Below, piece by piece: positions 43,009-53,800 of a stretch of 64,000 nucleotides of DNA (positions are counted from its first letter, which is position 1; each line of letters begins with the position of its first letter). Origin of the DNA: Methylococcaceae bacterium TMED69 (GTDB lineage: Bacteria > Pseudomonadota > Gammaproteobacteria > Ga0077536). A program made the position numbers and the translations under genes. The notes beneath the pieces were generated by a model, which searched no databases, was not told the DNA's origin, and was given only the letters and a program-made list of their open reading frames with translations. Location: contig NHDW01000004.1 in the NCBI GenBank assembly GCA_002170535.1, positions 395,673 to 459,672 of the forward strand. Direction: 5' to 3'.

Positions 43009-43543
43009 CACCAAAATTCCTGATGTGAAAATTATTGAACCGATGGTTTTTGAAGATGACCGTGGTTTCTTTTTTGAAAGTTTTAATCACAAAGAATTCG
43101 AAAAAGCTGTCGGAAAATCTGTCCAGTTCGTGCAAGACAATCACTCCAAGTCGACCAAGGGGGTATTACGCGGATTGCACTATCAGCTACCGCCACATGC
43201 GCAAGGTAAACTTATCCGTGTGGTACAGGGTGAAGTCTTTGACGTGGCAGTGGATATTCGCAAATCATCGCCTACCTTTGGTAAGTGGGTGGGAGAGCCA
43301 TTATCTGCCGCCAGTAAAAAACAATTCTGGATACCTGAAGGCTTTGCGCACGGTTTTATCACACTTTCTGAGTCAGCCGAGTTTTTGTACAAGACTTCGG
43401 ACTACTATGCTTCAAATTCAGAACGGTCTATTCGTTGGGATGATCCCAAAATAGCTATCGATTGGCCATTCGATATTGAGCCAATACTTTCATCTAAGGA
43501 CCTTAGAGCGGTTGATTTAAAAATCGCTGAGGTATTCGAATGA
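42995..43543 (+). CDS. rfbC: dTDP-4-dehydrorhamnose 3,5-epimerase
   Basis: [36 protein letters not shown] is a cupin-type RmlC. I chose the start at 42995. Confidence 0.94.
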   Translation: MKAIDTKIPDVKIIEPMVFEDDRGFFFESFNHKEFEKAVGKSVQFVQDNHSKSTKGVLRGLHYQLPPHAQGKLIRVVQGEVFDVAVDIRKSSPTFGKWVGEPLSAASKKQFWIPEGFAHGFITLSESAEFLYKTSDYYASNSERSIRWDDPKIAIDWPFDIEPILSSKDLRAVDLKIAEVFE

Positions 43544-44370
43544 ATCCTCACAGAACCTACTCGACCTCGCTTCTGGCAATTGCGCGTAGCATATGGCAAA
43601 ACCGCTCACTAACTGTCCAGATGATCAAGCGCGATATAATAAGTAGCTATAAAGGTTCGTTCATGGGACTGTTTTGGTCTTTTATTAATCCTATTCTAAT
43701 GCTTGCAGTATATACTTTCGTATTTACGGTCGTGTTCAAAGCGCGTTGGGGCGTGGGAGGAGATGAAAGCATGACAGATTTCGCGGTTGTGTTGTTTGTC
43801 GGTTTAATCATTCATTCAATATTTGCCGAAATACTTAATCGTGCACCCGGCCTAATTTTAGGTAATGTAAACTACGTAAAGAAGGTGATTTTTCCTTTAG
43901 AAATACTACCCATCATTGCATTGGGTGGAGCACTTTTCCGTGGCCTGGTTAGCCTTGTGGTTCTTTTAACGGTTTTTGTGCTGCTTAACGGATTTATTCA
44001 CTGGACCGCTATATTCGTACCTCTTGTGATTCTTCCCTTTGTTTTGGTAATGCTAGGCTTTGCTTGGCTGCTTGCGTCGATCGGGGTCTATCTTCGGGAT
44101 ATTGAACAAGCAACCGGTTTTTTTGCAACCATGATGTTGTTTCTAGCACCTGTTTTCTATCCTGTTTCAATCTTACCTGAGAAGTATCAAATATTAATTT
44201 TGGCTAATCCGTTAACCTTTATTATTGAGCAAGCAAGACAGGTTATGTTATTTGGAAAGCTTCCAAATTTACAGGGTTTGGCAGTTTATAGTGTTGTGAG
44301 TCTGGGGGTGGCGTGGTTTGGCTATTGGTGGTTCCAGAAAACGCGAAAAGGGTTTGCTGATGTCGTCTGA
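43540..44370 (+). CDS. wzm: Polysaccharide ABC-2 exporter permease
   Basis: 276-aa ABC-2 membrane protein. It is followed by the overlapping ATPase and lies inside a glycan locus. Confidence 0.88.
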   Translation: MNPHRTYSTSLLAIARSIWQNRSLTVQMIKRDIISSYKGSFMGLFWSFINPILMLAVYTFVFTVVFKARWGVGGDESMTDFAVVLFVGLIIHSIFAEILNRAPGLILGNVNYVKKVIFPLEILPIIALGGALFRGLVSLVVLLTVFVLLNGFIHWTAIFVPLVILPFVLVMLGFAWLLASIGVYLRDIEQATGFFATMMLFLAPVFYPVSILPEKYQILILANPLTFIIEQARQVMLFGKLPNLQGLAVYSVVSLGVAWFGYWWFQKTRKGFADVV

Positions 44371-45670
44371 TATTGCTATTCGGGTCGAAGGCGTCTCTAA
44401 GAGTTTTAAAATCTATAACAGGCCTCAAGACAGATTAAAACAGAGCCTTTTGCGATGGCGTCAGTACTATAGTGAATTTAAAGCGCTTGATGAAATTTCT
44501 TTCAGTGTTAATAAAGGTCAGACAATCGGAATTATCGGTAGGAATGGGTCTGGAAAGTCTACTTTGCTGGAGGTGATTTGCGGCACCTTGACGCCGACTA
44601 CTGGTAAGGTTGAGGTGAAGGGACGATTAGCTGCGTTGCTTGAGTTAGGTGCGGGATTTAATCCCGAGTTTACTGGCAAAGAGAACATCTACCTTAATGC
44701 CGCGGTCCTCGGCCTCACAGGAGAGGAAATTCGAGACAAGTACGAACAAATCACCGCTTTCGCTGAAATAGGCGACTTTATTGACCAGCCGGTAAAGACT
44801 TATTCCAGTGGTATGTATGTTCGTCTCGCATTTGCTATCCAAGCTAATGTAGACCCAGAGATTCTAATTGTTGATGAGGCACTTTCCGTTGGTGATGCAT
44901 ACTTTGTTCATAAATGTATGTTGCGTTTTAATCAGCTTCGAGAAAGAGGAACGACCATCTTATTTGTTTCACATGACTCAACGGCAGTCAAAACCTTGTG
45001 TGATCACGCGGTGTGGTTGGAGGATGGAAGGATTATGTACTCAGGTGACGCTAGCGTAGCTGTGGACCGCTACCTTGCAGCAGTGAAGAAACAACCCATA
45101 GTAATGGATTTTGCTTCCGATAAAGAACAGAACGGCGGACAAACTGAGGAACAGGTTTCAAGAGGTGGTGCATTGGGAGAAACGATTATTCCAAATATTG
45201 ACCGACGTCTTGGTGACCAGCGATGTGAGTTTATTGGTTTAGGGATGTTCGACGAGAATATGCAGAGGCTACTAACCGTAGAAAATGATTCATTGTTAAT
45301 TCTGCGGCTTACTATCCGCAATAATTCCCTTGAAGAAGGCCGACAGTTGGTACTTGGTTACTGTTTGCGAAATCACCGAGGTGTGGATCTGGCAAGCAAC
45401 AATTCTACGGTCGAAGATACGAATATCACGGCCCCTGCTGTGGGCGACCAACGCACTGTCCGTATTTATATACAACTGCCAGTCCTGCATCCTGGCTCTT
45501 ATTCATTCAGTATCACGATGGGATATAAGCTTGAAAACGGGGTTATGCAGGACTCCGATAGTATCACCAATGCCGTGGTATTTGAGATGACCTCTAGACG
45601 CACTGTTCATGTCCTGATGTCATTGGACTCTAGCTTCGAGGTAGAGGAGGACGAAAGGACATTACTATGA
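44360..45670 (+). CDS. wzt: Polysaccharide ABC exporter ATP-binding protein with a C-terminal extension (Wzt_C-like)
   Basis: It has Walker A GRNGSGKST, the signature YSSGMYVRLAF and Walker B ILIVDEAL. About 170 further beta-rich residues follow the NBD (roughly 45152-45667). Confidence 0.9.
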   Translation: MSSDIAIRVEGVSKSFKIYNRPQDRLKQSLLRWRQYYSEFKALDEISFSVNKGQTIGIIGRNGSGKSTLLEVICGTLTPTTGKVEVKGRLAALLELGAGFNPEFTGKENIYLNAAVLGLTGEEIRDKYEQITAFAEIGDFIDQPVKTYSSGMYVRLAFAIQANVDPEILIVDEALSVGDAYFVHKCMLRFNQLRERGTTILFVSHDSTAVKTLCDHAVWLEDGRIMYSGDASVAVDRYLAAVKKQPIVMDFASDKEQNGGQTEEQVSRGGALGETIIPNIDRRLGDQRCEFIGLGMFDENMQRLLTVENDSLLILRLTIRNNSLEEGRQLVLGYCLRNHRGVDLASNNSTVEDTNITAPAVGDQRTVRIYIQLPVLHPGSYSFSITMGYKLENGVMQDSDSITNAVVFEMTSRRTVHVLMSLDSSFEVEEDERTLL

Positions 45671-45697
45671 AAGAGACGTTAAAAAAGAAGGTTGTCT

Positions 45698-46792
45698 ATG
45701 ACGTATGACGGAGTCAGGGTCGTCCGTTATGGTCCAGACGAAACCCGTGTAGGAACACCGTTTAATGAACAACCTGATGGTTCCTGTGCATTGTGGTTTG
45801 AGGTTGAGGGGCGAGACGATTGCCCTTTAGCTGTTGAATTTGACGGAGTGTTTTTGAAATCAGTTCGCTTAGGTTCTATGTTAACGGCATTACTACCGCA
45901 AAGTCTAATTGCAGTGCCGAGGGAGCTTAATATTCGGATATTCGATGAGACCAGGCCGGATAACCCTGTGTTACTTCACTTTTATGTGCTCGACCCAAGA
46001 GGTAAGAAGATTCGGGGTAAAGTTACAAATCCCGTTACTAAGGTCCCTATTCCCGGATTTTTCATAATTGGCCCACCCCGTAGTGGTACCACCTCTATAT
46101 ATTGGCGACTGCAGGCGCACCCTAGTGTTTATATGTCGCGAAATAAGGAACCATATTACTTCGACCCGCGAGCAGAGGGAGTGTTAAATGATGCTGTAAT
46201 AGATAGAGACGAATACTTGTCGCTGTTTCGGTTCGCGCCATTTCAGTCCAAGGTGGTCGGTGAAGCGTCCACAACTTATGCGAGCTCGCCTGAAGCTCTT
46301 CGCCGAATCCAAATATTTAACCCGCAGGCCAAGGCTTTGCTAATTTTAAGAAATCCGCTTACAGCCAGCGTATCTTTATACCTACAGCATCGGAAGGGTG
46401 GTCTGCATGAGCATGCGTCGAGTTTTCAGCAGGCTTGGAACGAATGTGAGAATGCACAAAACCGGCCCTTTATTTCTAATTATCGTAGTTTATATAAAAT
46501 TGGGGATCAGTTAGCTAGTGCCTCCAGGATTTTTGGAGAGCGCTTACATGTTATGTTATTCGATGATCTAGTGAACGACGGAACTTCGGTATATGCCGGC
46601 TTACTTCGCTTTTTAGGTTTACAAGTGGATTCTTTAGAGCAACTTGAGAAAACAAATAGCTCACAATTGGAAAATATTGAATCCATAGTTTCGCCTGAGC
46701 TACTCGATGAGATGACTGATTATTTTCTGCCGCAAATTCGATTAGTTTCCGAATTTATCGGCCGCGACTTGGGTCATTGGATTGCCAGATGA
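45698..46792 (+). CDS. Sulfotransferase with an N-terminal extra domain of about 125 aa
   Basis: The PAPS 5'-phosphosulfate loop IIGPPRSGTTS lies near 46070-46096, and a 3'-phosphate motif LILRNPLTASVS follows. The N-terminal beta-rich domain has no recognised family. Confidence 0.8.
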   Translation: MTYDGVRVVRYGPDETRVGTPFNEQPDGSCALWFEVEGRDDCPLAVEFDGVFLKSVRLGSMLTALLPQSLIAVPRELNIRIFDETRPDNPVLLHFYVLDPRGKKIRGKVTNPVTKVPIPGFFIIGPPRSGTTSIYWRLQAHPSVYMSRNKEPYYFDPRAEGVLNDAVIDRDEYLSLFRFAPFQSKVVGEASTTYASSPEALRRIQIFNPQAKALLILRNPLTASVSLYLQHRKGGLHEHASSFQQAWNECENAQNRPFISNYRSLYKIGDQLASASRIFGERLHVMLFDDLVNDGTSVYAGLLRFLGLQVDSLEQLEKTNSSQLENIESIVSPELLDEMTDYFLPQIRLVSEFIGRDLGHWIAR

Positions 46793-46852
46793 TGCTTTAC
46801 GCTTTAATATTGTCTAGGCTGTGAAATTTTCCATCTTTGGGGCTCTTAAGAT

Positions 46853-47731
46853 ATGAAATCTATTTTAATTCTTGGAGGTTGTGGTTATATTGGTAGCGAG
46901 CTCTTTCTTATCCTCGACGGCCTTGGCTACTCAGTTTCAACGATCGATTTGGAACTAAATGGGAACTATGTAAACCCCAACAATGTTCGCCAAGATGTGT
47001 CCGATATCACGGCGAAGGATTTGGAGGAGTACGACGTTATTATTAACTTTGCGGCTCATTCGAGCGTAGCCATGGCAAACAACCGAAAGCGCGAGGCTCT
47101 TGAAGATGGTATTGTCAACTTTTTTGATCTGCTGCAAAAAGTAGGGAGTAAGAAGTTTATTTATGCAAGTTCATCGAGCGTTTACAATGGTCTGACTCAG
47201 ACTGAGGCGAATGAGGAATCAGATTTTTTTAACGTTAGCAACCTATATGATTTGACAAAGTTATTTGCTGATAAGCTGGCAAAACTCTATTCGGATCGTT
47301 TCTACGCGTTGCGTTTCGGAACTGTTTGTGGACATTCACCCAACCTGCGAACGGATGTCATGATAAATAAGATGGTTCATTCGGCAATAAATGAAGGAAA
47401 GATCGTCATATATAACAAGAATATCAATCGGCCGATTCTGGGTATTAGGGACTTGTGTAATGCAGTTCGTTGTCTTATCGAAAGGGATGGCGAACCGGGT
47501 TTTTATAATTTAGCGAGCCTAAATGCCACCATTATGGAAATTGGTAATTCGGTTGCTGAGATCATGGATGTGCCCCTTGTGGATATGGGTGAGACTGATA
47601 CATATGATTTTAAGATAAGTTCGGACAAGTTTTGCAGGACCTATGATTTTGAGTTCAGAGAAGACATCCGGAGTATTGTCGAGGATATTAAACAGAATTG
47701 GGACGCAAAGCAGCAGGGGGTCAGGATTTGA
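46853..47731 (+). CDS. NAD-dependent sugar epimerase/dehydratase (SDR family)
   Basis: It has a Rossmann motif LGGCGYIGSEL and the catalytic YDLTK (YxxxK). Confidence 0.8.
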   Translation: MKSILILGGCGYIGSELFLILDGLGYSVSTIDLELNGNYVNPNNVRQDVSDITAKDLEEYDVIINFAAHSSVAMANNRKREALEDGIVNFFDLLQKVGSKKFIYASSSSVYNGLTQTEANEESDFFNVSNLYDLTKLFADKLAKLYSDRFYALRFGTVCGHSPNLRTDVMINKMVHSAINEGKIVIYNKNINRPILGIRDLCNAVRCLIERDGEPGFYNLASLNATIMEIGNSVAEIMDVPLVDMGETDTYDFKISSDKFCRTYDFEFREDIRSIVEDIKQNWDAKQQGVRI

Positions 47732-48969
47732 TGAGATACCAGTCTAATGGTAAATGTTTTTGTTGTGGTAGTTCAGACCTTCTAGTCTATTTCGACCTGG
47801 GTATCACTCCGTTAGCAAACAGTTATCCACTTGAACCAGGAGCAACGGAACAATATCCGTTACGAGTCGCTGTTTGTAAGAATTGTTTTCACAGTCAGCT
47901 ATGTGAATCGGTAAATCCAGATATGCTGTACCGTGAGTACCTTTATGTGAGCGGTACAAGTAATACGCTTAGGGAATATTTTCGTTGGTTCGTTGGTTTT
48001 GTAGAGGATCATATTGACCGTGTAGAGCATAATCGTTCTGTGCTGGAAATCGCATGCAATGACGGCTCTTTGTTGGAAGTATTTAGAGACAATGGCTGGA
48101 GCGTGAAAGGGATTGATCCGGCATTGAATTTGCGGGCAATTACTGAGTCCAAAGAGCTTGATGTGCTTGCGGATTACTGGAATGACGAGACTGCTGCTAA
48201 AATTAATTGTTTATACGATGTGATTGTTGCTCAAAATGTTCTTGCCCACTTGCCTTATCCGAAACGGTTTTTAGAGCTGTGTTGTTTCGTGCTTAAAGAA
48301 GATGGAATTATCTATATCCAGACATCTCAGGCAGATATGGTTGATAACTTGGAGTTCGATACCATTTATCATGAGCACCACTCATTTTTTTCCGCAAACT
48401 CTATGCAGATTCTCGCCGAACAAGCCGGGTTGAAGGTTATAGATGTTAGCAAAGTGCCGGTTCACGGAATGAGTTATCTATTTTCCTTAGGCAGGGCGGA
48501 CGAGCACGGCGCTTCTTTATACTCTCTCATTGAGGAAGAGCGGCAGAATGGTCGATACGATTTGAGTACTTACACGACTTTTTCTCAGAGTGCAGACAAA
48601 TATGTGAACGACTTCCTTAATGTAATTAAGGCCCATCGTGAAGAGGGGCGAAAAATCATTGGCTATGGAGCTGCAGCCAAAGGTAGTACGTTTTCCAGCT
48701 ATAGTAAATTAAAAGTAGATTATATTGTTGATGACAACACGCTCAAATGGGAGCACTATACTCCAGATGGGACGACAAAAATCTTTGGTTCGGCTTCCCT
48801 TGCCCGCGAGGTCGGTGCAGTGACCGTTGTTATTTTTGCCTGGAATTTCTTTGAAGAAATCGCCGCCAGAATAGATCAGATTATAGGTGCTGAGTCTGGG
48901 GAACGAGATTTTCAATATATTACCTACTTCCCCGAATTGAAGCTAACCTCCTGTAATAAATATGTTTAA
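47731..48969 (+). CDS. Zn-ribbon SAM methyltransferase of the NDP-hexose C-methyltransferase (TylCIII-like) architecture
   Basis: The N-terminus carries CFCCGS...CKNCFHS (four Cys). The SAM motif is VLEIACNDG, and there is a C-terminal Rossmann-like domain (IIGYGAAAKG). The start overlaps the upstream stop (TGATG). Confidence 0.75.
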   Translation: MRYQSNGKCFCCGSSDLLVYFDLGITPLANSYPLEPGATEQYPLRVAVCKNCFHSQLCESVNPDMLYREYLYVSGTSNTLREYFRWFVGFVEDHIDRVEHNRSVLEIACNDGSLLEVFRDNGWSVKGIDPALNLRAITESKELDVLADYWNDETAAKINCLYDVIVAQNVLAHLPYPKRFLELCCFVLKEDGIIYIQTSQADMVDNLEFDTIYHEHHSFFSANSMQILAEQAGLKVIDVSKVPVHGMSYLFSLGRADEHGASLYSLIEEERQNGRYDLSTYTTFSQSADKYVNDFLNVIKAHREEGRKIIGYGAAAKGSTFSSYSKLKVDYIVDDNTLKWEHYTPDGTTKIFGSASLAREVGAVTVVIFAWNFFEEIAARIDQIIGAESGERDFQYITYFPELKLTSCNKYV

Positions 48970-49037
48970 TCAGGATAAGAAAAATTCGTCGATAAAAAAA
49001 TCTGAAGTATGTGAGTCTATGGGATGCTAGATTGAGG

Positions 49038-50792
49038 ATGAAGATATTTGATTGTTTTACGTTCTATAATGAACTGGATCTTTTAGAGATTCGACTACAT
49101 CAGTTGTGGGATAAGGTAGATAGATTTGTAATTGTTGAGGGTGACCGAACTTATGCCGGTAAAGAAAAGGAATCGCAGTACCTCGAAAATCAAGAACGTT
49201 TTGCGTGGGCTTCATCTAAGATAATACACGTGATCGCCAGCCTGCAAGCAGAACCGAAGACTCGTTGGGTAAACGAGGCTATACAGAGAGACGCTATCAT
49301 GGAGGGTCTCGATTCGGCAACATCGGAAGATGTTATTTGCATTAGCTGCGTTGATGAAATTTATTCCAATTCAATTTTTTCAGATCTTAGAAATAATCTT
49401 ATTGAATTGCCTGTTCTAGTGGACTTAAAGTTATTTTATTTCTATCTAAATGGTCAATGCACGGGATCCGCAAGTGTATTTCCTTGTCCCGTGATTACTC
49501 GACGTGCGATGCTCGGCAGTTCAGTGCACGAATATTTTGATGACCGTTTCAACTATGAACGTTATTCGTTTGGTGGTTGGCATTTTTCTTTTTTAGGTGG
49601 GGCGCATTGTATTAAAGAGAAAATTGAGGCCTATTCACACCAGGAATATGACAATGATTTCTATAAAAGCGAGGAGAGGTTGGAGCAAGTAATTGCAAAT
49701 GGGGGTGACATTTTTGAACGAAAGGGGGTTGGCGAAGTTGAGTATGTTCAGTTAGACGATTCATTTCCTGATTACGTTTTACAGAATCTTGGTAAATATG
49801 CCCATTTGATCAAGCCGGTCGGACCTGGGTCCTCAGCAATATTCTACGAACATGTCGAGCGGGTTCGAAATTTTGTGCTATCGCAACAAGAACGTAGACA
49901 ACAAATGAGCGGGGAATGTGTCCCTTCCCGTTACTGGATGGACTTTGCACTCAATTTTCGCTATGTATACTCTCTTTCTCTTTCTGAAATCTTACGTATT
50001 CGTTTTCATACCTACCATCTTACTAGCGATTCCTATCTTTCCTATTATTTTGCAGGCGAGGACTACAAAGAGTTGCTTACTAGGGGTTATTGCTATTTCA
50101 TAGACAAAGGAGGGTTGACTCCTTACGATGAAGGCGAGAACGGAATTGGAGTTAAAACCCAATATGGCATAGTCAGCCACGATCTGCTGCGTTATCTCGG
50201 TGCACTCTGTGACATTAAAGAATGTGGTTTTTTTGACGTGACATCGCAATTGGTAGTTATGGAAATTGGTGGAGGATATGGCGGTTTGGCGCGTGCCCAC
50301 TTGATGCAGAACAACCAGCTTAGTTACGTGATTTGCGATCTTGAGGAGACATTGTTTTTTTCCTCGATTTATTTGGCACTCCATTTTGGAGTCGAGCGGG
50401 TGCATCTGGTTAATGAGCCGCTAATTCAAGCTGATCTTCAACCGGGGCATGTATACATTGTTGCTCAATCTCGAATAGAACTGTTGGCTGATATTGAATT
50501 AGACTATGTAATTAATCAGCAGTCGCTTCAAGAAATGACTCGCGATCAGGTAATTCGTTATTTGCAATGGATCCAGCACCATAGTAAGGGCTTTTACTCT
50601 TGTAATCTCAACGATCATGGCTGTATCGCAAATGAGAAAAGTATCGTAACTGATCTAATCGTTGAGCTTCAACATGAGTTTGGCGAGCCATTCTGGACCG
50701 CAGATACGCCTCAAGCAGAATACCGGTTTGGAGATAACCATCTACCGAGATTCGCTTATTACTGTAATAAATTCAGAGAATTAACCGAATGA
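49038..50792 (+). CDS. Bifunctional-looking protein: GT17-like glycosyltransferase domain fused to a SAM-methyltransferase-like domain
   Basis: The N-terminus MKIFDCFTFYNELDLLEIRLHQLWDKVDRFVIVEGDRTYAGKEK is the typical bacterial Glyco_transf_17 start. The C-terminal half has the motif VMEIGGGYGGLA. Confidence 0.7.
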   Translation: MKIFDCFTFYNELDLLEIRLHQLWDKVDRFVIVEGDRTYAGKEKESQYLENQERFAWASSKIIHVIASLQAEPKTRWVNEAIQRDAIMEGLDSATSEDVICISCVDEIYSNSIFSDLRNNLIELPVLVDLKLFYFYLNGQCTGSASVFPCPVITRRAMLGSSVHEYFDDRFNYERYSFGGWHFSFLGGAHCIKEKIEAYSHQEYDNDFYKSEERLEQVIANGGDIFERKGVGEVEYVQLDDSFPDYVLQNLGKYAHLIKPVGPGSSAIFYEHVERVRNFVLSQQERRQQMSGECVPSRYWMDFALNFRYVYSLSLSEILRIRFHTYHLTSDSYLSYYFAGEDYKELLTRGYCYFIDKGGLTPYDEGENGIGVKTQYGIVSHDLLRYLGALCDIKECGFFDVTSQLVVMEIGGGYGGLARAHLMQNNQLSYVICDLEETLFFSSIYLALHFGVERVHLVNEPLIQADLQPGHVYIVAQSRIELLADIELDYVINQQSLQEMTRDQVIRYLQWIQHHSKGFYSCNLNDHGCIANEKSIVTDLIVELQHEFGEPFWTADTPQAEYRFGDNHLPRFAYYCNKFRELTE

Positions 50793-50831
50793 ATGACACT
50801 AAAGAACTATCCTCGAGCGTGATTTTTAATT

Positions 50832-53800
50832 ATGGAATTTAGAGAGTCAAAGTTGGATATTAATACGCCCACACAAATTATTTTCGATCAATACAGCCGC
50901 TACCTTGCCTGCAGCAAGCTACTTCAAAATGCTGGTCTGAATAAGGGTGCAAGCATGTTAGATGTCGGCAGTGGGCCCGAATGTCTATTTGGCTCCTTTT
51001 TGCCAGATATACAGATTACTTACCTTGACCCGCTAATTTCAGTCGAAGATGGACAACATATCAAAGGCGATATCTTTTCTGAACATCTAAATGATCTATC
51101 TTTTTCTGCTGTCGTCGCGGTAGATGTTCTTGAACACGTTCCTCCCGACAGGCGAAACGTATTTTTAAAGCGAGTTTCTGAACTTTCCTCTGATGTAATC
51201 GTCCTCGGGTTTCCAAATTCAGATACGCTTGACGCATCGCAGCTAGACCTCGCGTTAGAGCAACAATATCGAAATATTTATGGATCTGACTACTACTGGC
51301 TGCAGGAACATCACGAATATGGCCTACCATCGTTGAAAGATACACAAGCACAACTAGAACATCAAGGTTGGTATTGCCATTCGGTGGGACACGGTCATAC
51401 TCCTTGGCTACGCGAATTGTTAGGCTTCGTGATTTGTGCTTGGGACAACCCACTTTATAAAAATTTGATAGTATCGATTAGTGAACGATTCAACGAAATC
51501 CTCGCGCAATATGATTTTTCAGAACCCTCTTACAGGCAGTTTATCATCGCGACACGCCAACGTTCTGTTACCCGATTTCAGCCGTCTGATACGGCACAAA
51601 CTTTTGAAGAAGCGAATCGGTTATTTGATGAGTTGATGCAGTATGCACGAACAGAATTCTATAAGTTAGCATTACGCCCAATGGATGAAAATCCACCAAT
51701 TTATATGCAGTTATTAAAAGAGCGTACTCACGAGAGAGATCGCGCGCGAGAGGAAAGGGATAAAGCGCTAGTAGATCGAGCTTTATCAGAAGCGCGAGTT
51801 CAACAAGCATATAACAGTACCTCTTGGAGGCTTACTCGGCCTTTGCGGGTTGGTGCTCGTCTGGTGCGACATGGTCTTACCAAACAGGATCGACAAAAAC
51901 TTATTCAGGCGTTACGCAATCAATATCATAGCTTACCAATACCGAGGCTTATTAAAGGACTTGTAAGTAGAGTCTACCACCAGCAACTTTTGCGTAAATT
52001 TTTTGTAGGTGTTCATCGTAATTTAAGGTTTGAAAAAACATTTCAGTTGCCTGATGAAAAGCTAAAAAGTCAGCAATACGGCAAGCCGGATTATATAATC
52101 TGGGGCGTTATAGATTGGCATTTCCGACATCAGCGTCCTCAACAAATAGCATTGGCGCTGGCTGCAACGGGTCGGCGAGTGTTTTATATTTCTCCTTTAT
52201 TGGTTGATGATCAGTGTGCCGGTTTTGAAGTTGAGGCTTTGGACACATCGAAGCAGCTTTTCCAGATAAAGTTATTTGCTAATAATGCTCCCTCAATTTA
52301 CATGGACGAGCCAAATCTTGAAACCGCTGCTCAGCTCAAACAAAGCCTTGGTGAGGTTTTGAATTGGACAGAAAGCAAACAAATTAATTCACTTGTTGAT
52401 CATCCCTTCTGGCTTGATATCGCTGTTGTGGTGCCTAACAGTCGTCTCATTTATGACTGCATGGATCATCATGCGGGCTTTGGCAGTATCTCAGATTCAT
52501 TGTTACAGCTGGAAAAACGGTTGCTTGCTGAAGCGGAACTAGCCATTTGTACATCCTCGTGGTTGAAAGAGTCTGTCTCTCCCCATGCCAAACAGACGAT
52601 ACTGATTCGTAATGCTGCTGACTATGTGCATTTTTCTTACGCATATCCATATCGCGATCCAAAGGGTCGACGTATCATTGGGTACTATGGGGCGATTGCC
52701 GAGTGGTTTGATCTGGATCTTATTGAGGCTGTTGCGATACAGCACCCAGATTGTTGTGTACTGTTGGTTGGGTCAGATACTGTTGATGCTAGCTCAAGGC
52801 TGTCAAAGTTTAAAAATATTACCTTTTTGGGCGAGGTGCCCTACGAGGAATTACCCTATTATTTACACGGATTCGATGTATGTCTGCTGCCATTCAAAGT
52901 TACCCCATTAACTCTTGCAACTAACCCAGTCAAGATTTATGAATACATGTGTGCTGGTAAGCCGGTGGTGGCCGTTGACTTGCCTGAAATGGCGCAATTT
53001 GAGGGCTTGGTTTATTCAGTTACCGGTAAAGACGCTTTTTTAGACTCTTTAAAAAATGTTTTGAGTCAACCGGAACCCGAAGACCTAATCTGGAAGCGCA
53101 GGGCATTTGCACAGCACCAAACCTGGCGAGATCGTACTGAAACATTGATTAAAAATGCTGAGTCAAGCAACCGGGACCCCAGAGTGAGTGTTATTGTTGT
53201 AACCTACAATAACCTGAACCTAACCAAAGAATGTCTTTCAAGTTTGGAACTTCATAGTCAGTACCAAAATCTTGAAATTATTGTTGTGGATAATGCGTCA
53301 AAAGATGGAACTCTAGCTTACCTCAATAGTTGGGTTATGCGTAACAAAAAAAATAGCCTTATCTTGAATAGTGAAAATCGAGGCTTTGCGGCTGCAAACA
53401 ATCAAGGATTGGAGGTCGCAACAGGCGACTATCTGGTACTACTTAATAACGATACATATGTAACTCTTGGTTGGATTCGAACTCTAATTAGACATATCGA
53501 AACTGATAAGAACATCGGCCTTATTGGTCCTGTTACAAATAATATTGGCAATGAGGCTAGAGTTAATATTGACTATGGAAATATGGATGAAATGCAGGTC
53601 AAGTCATTAGCTTATACACGTAGGCACATCGGTCAAACATATCCATTGAGAACAGCCGCGTTTTTCTGCGTAATGATGCCGAGGTCAACCTACGAAAGAG
53701 TAGGACCATTGGATGAAGCCTTTGGTCGAGGCTTCTTTGAGGATGATGACTACTGCCGCCGAGTAGAGCAACTCGGTCTGCGAATTGTCTGCGCCGAAGA

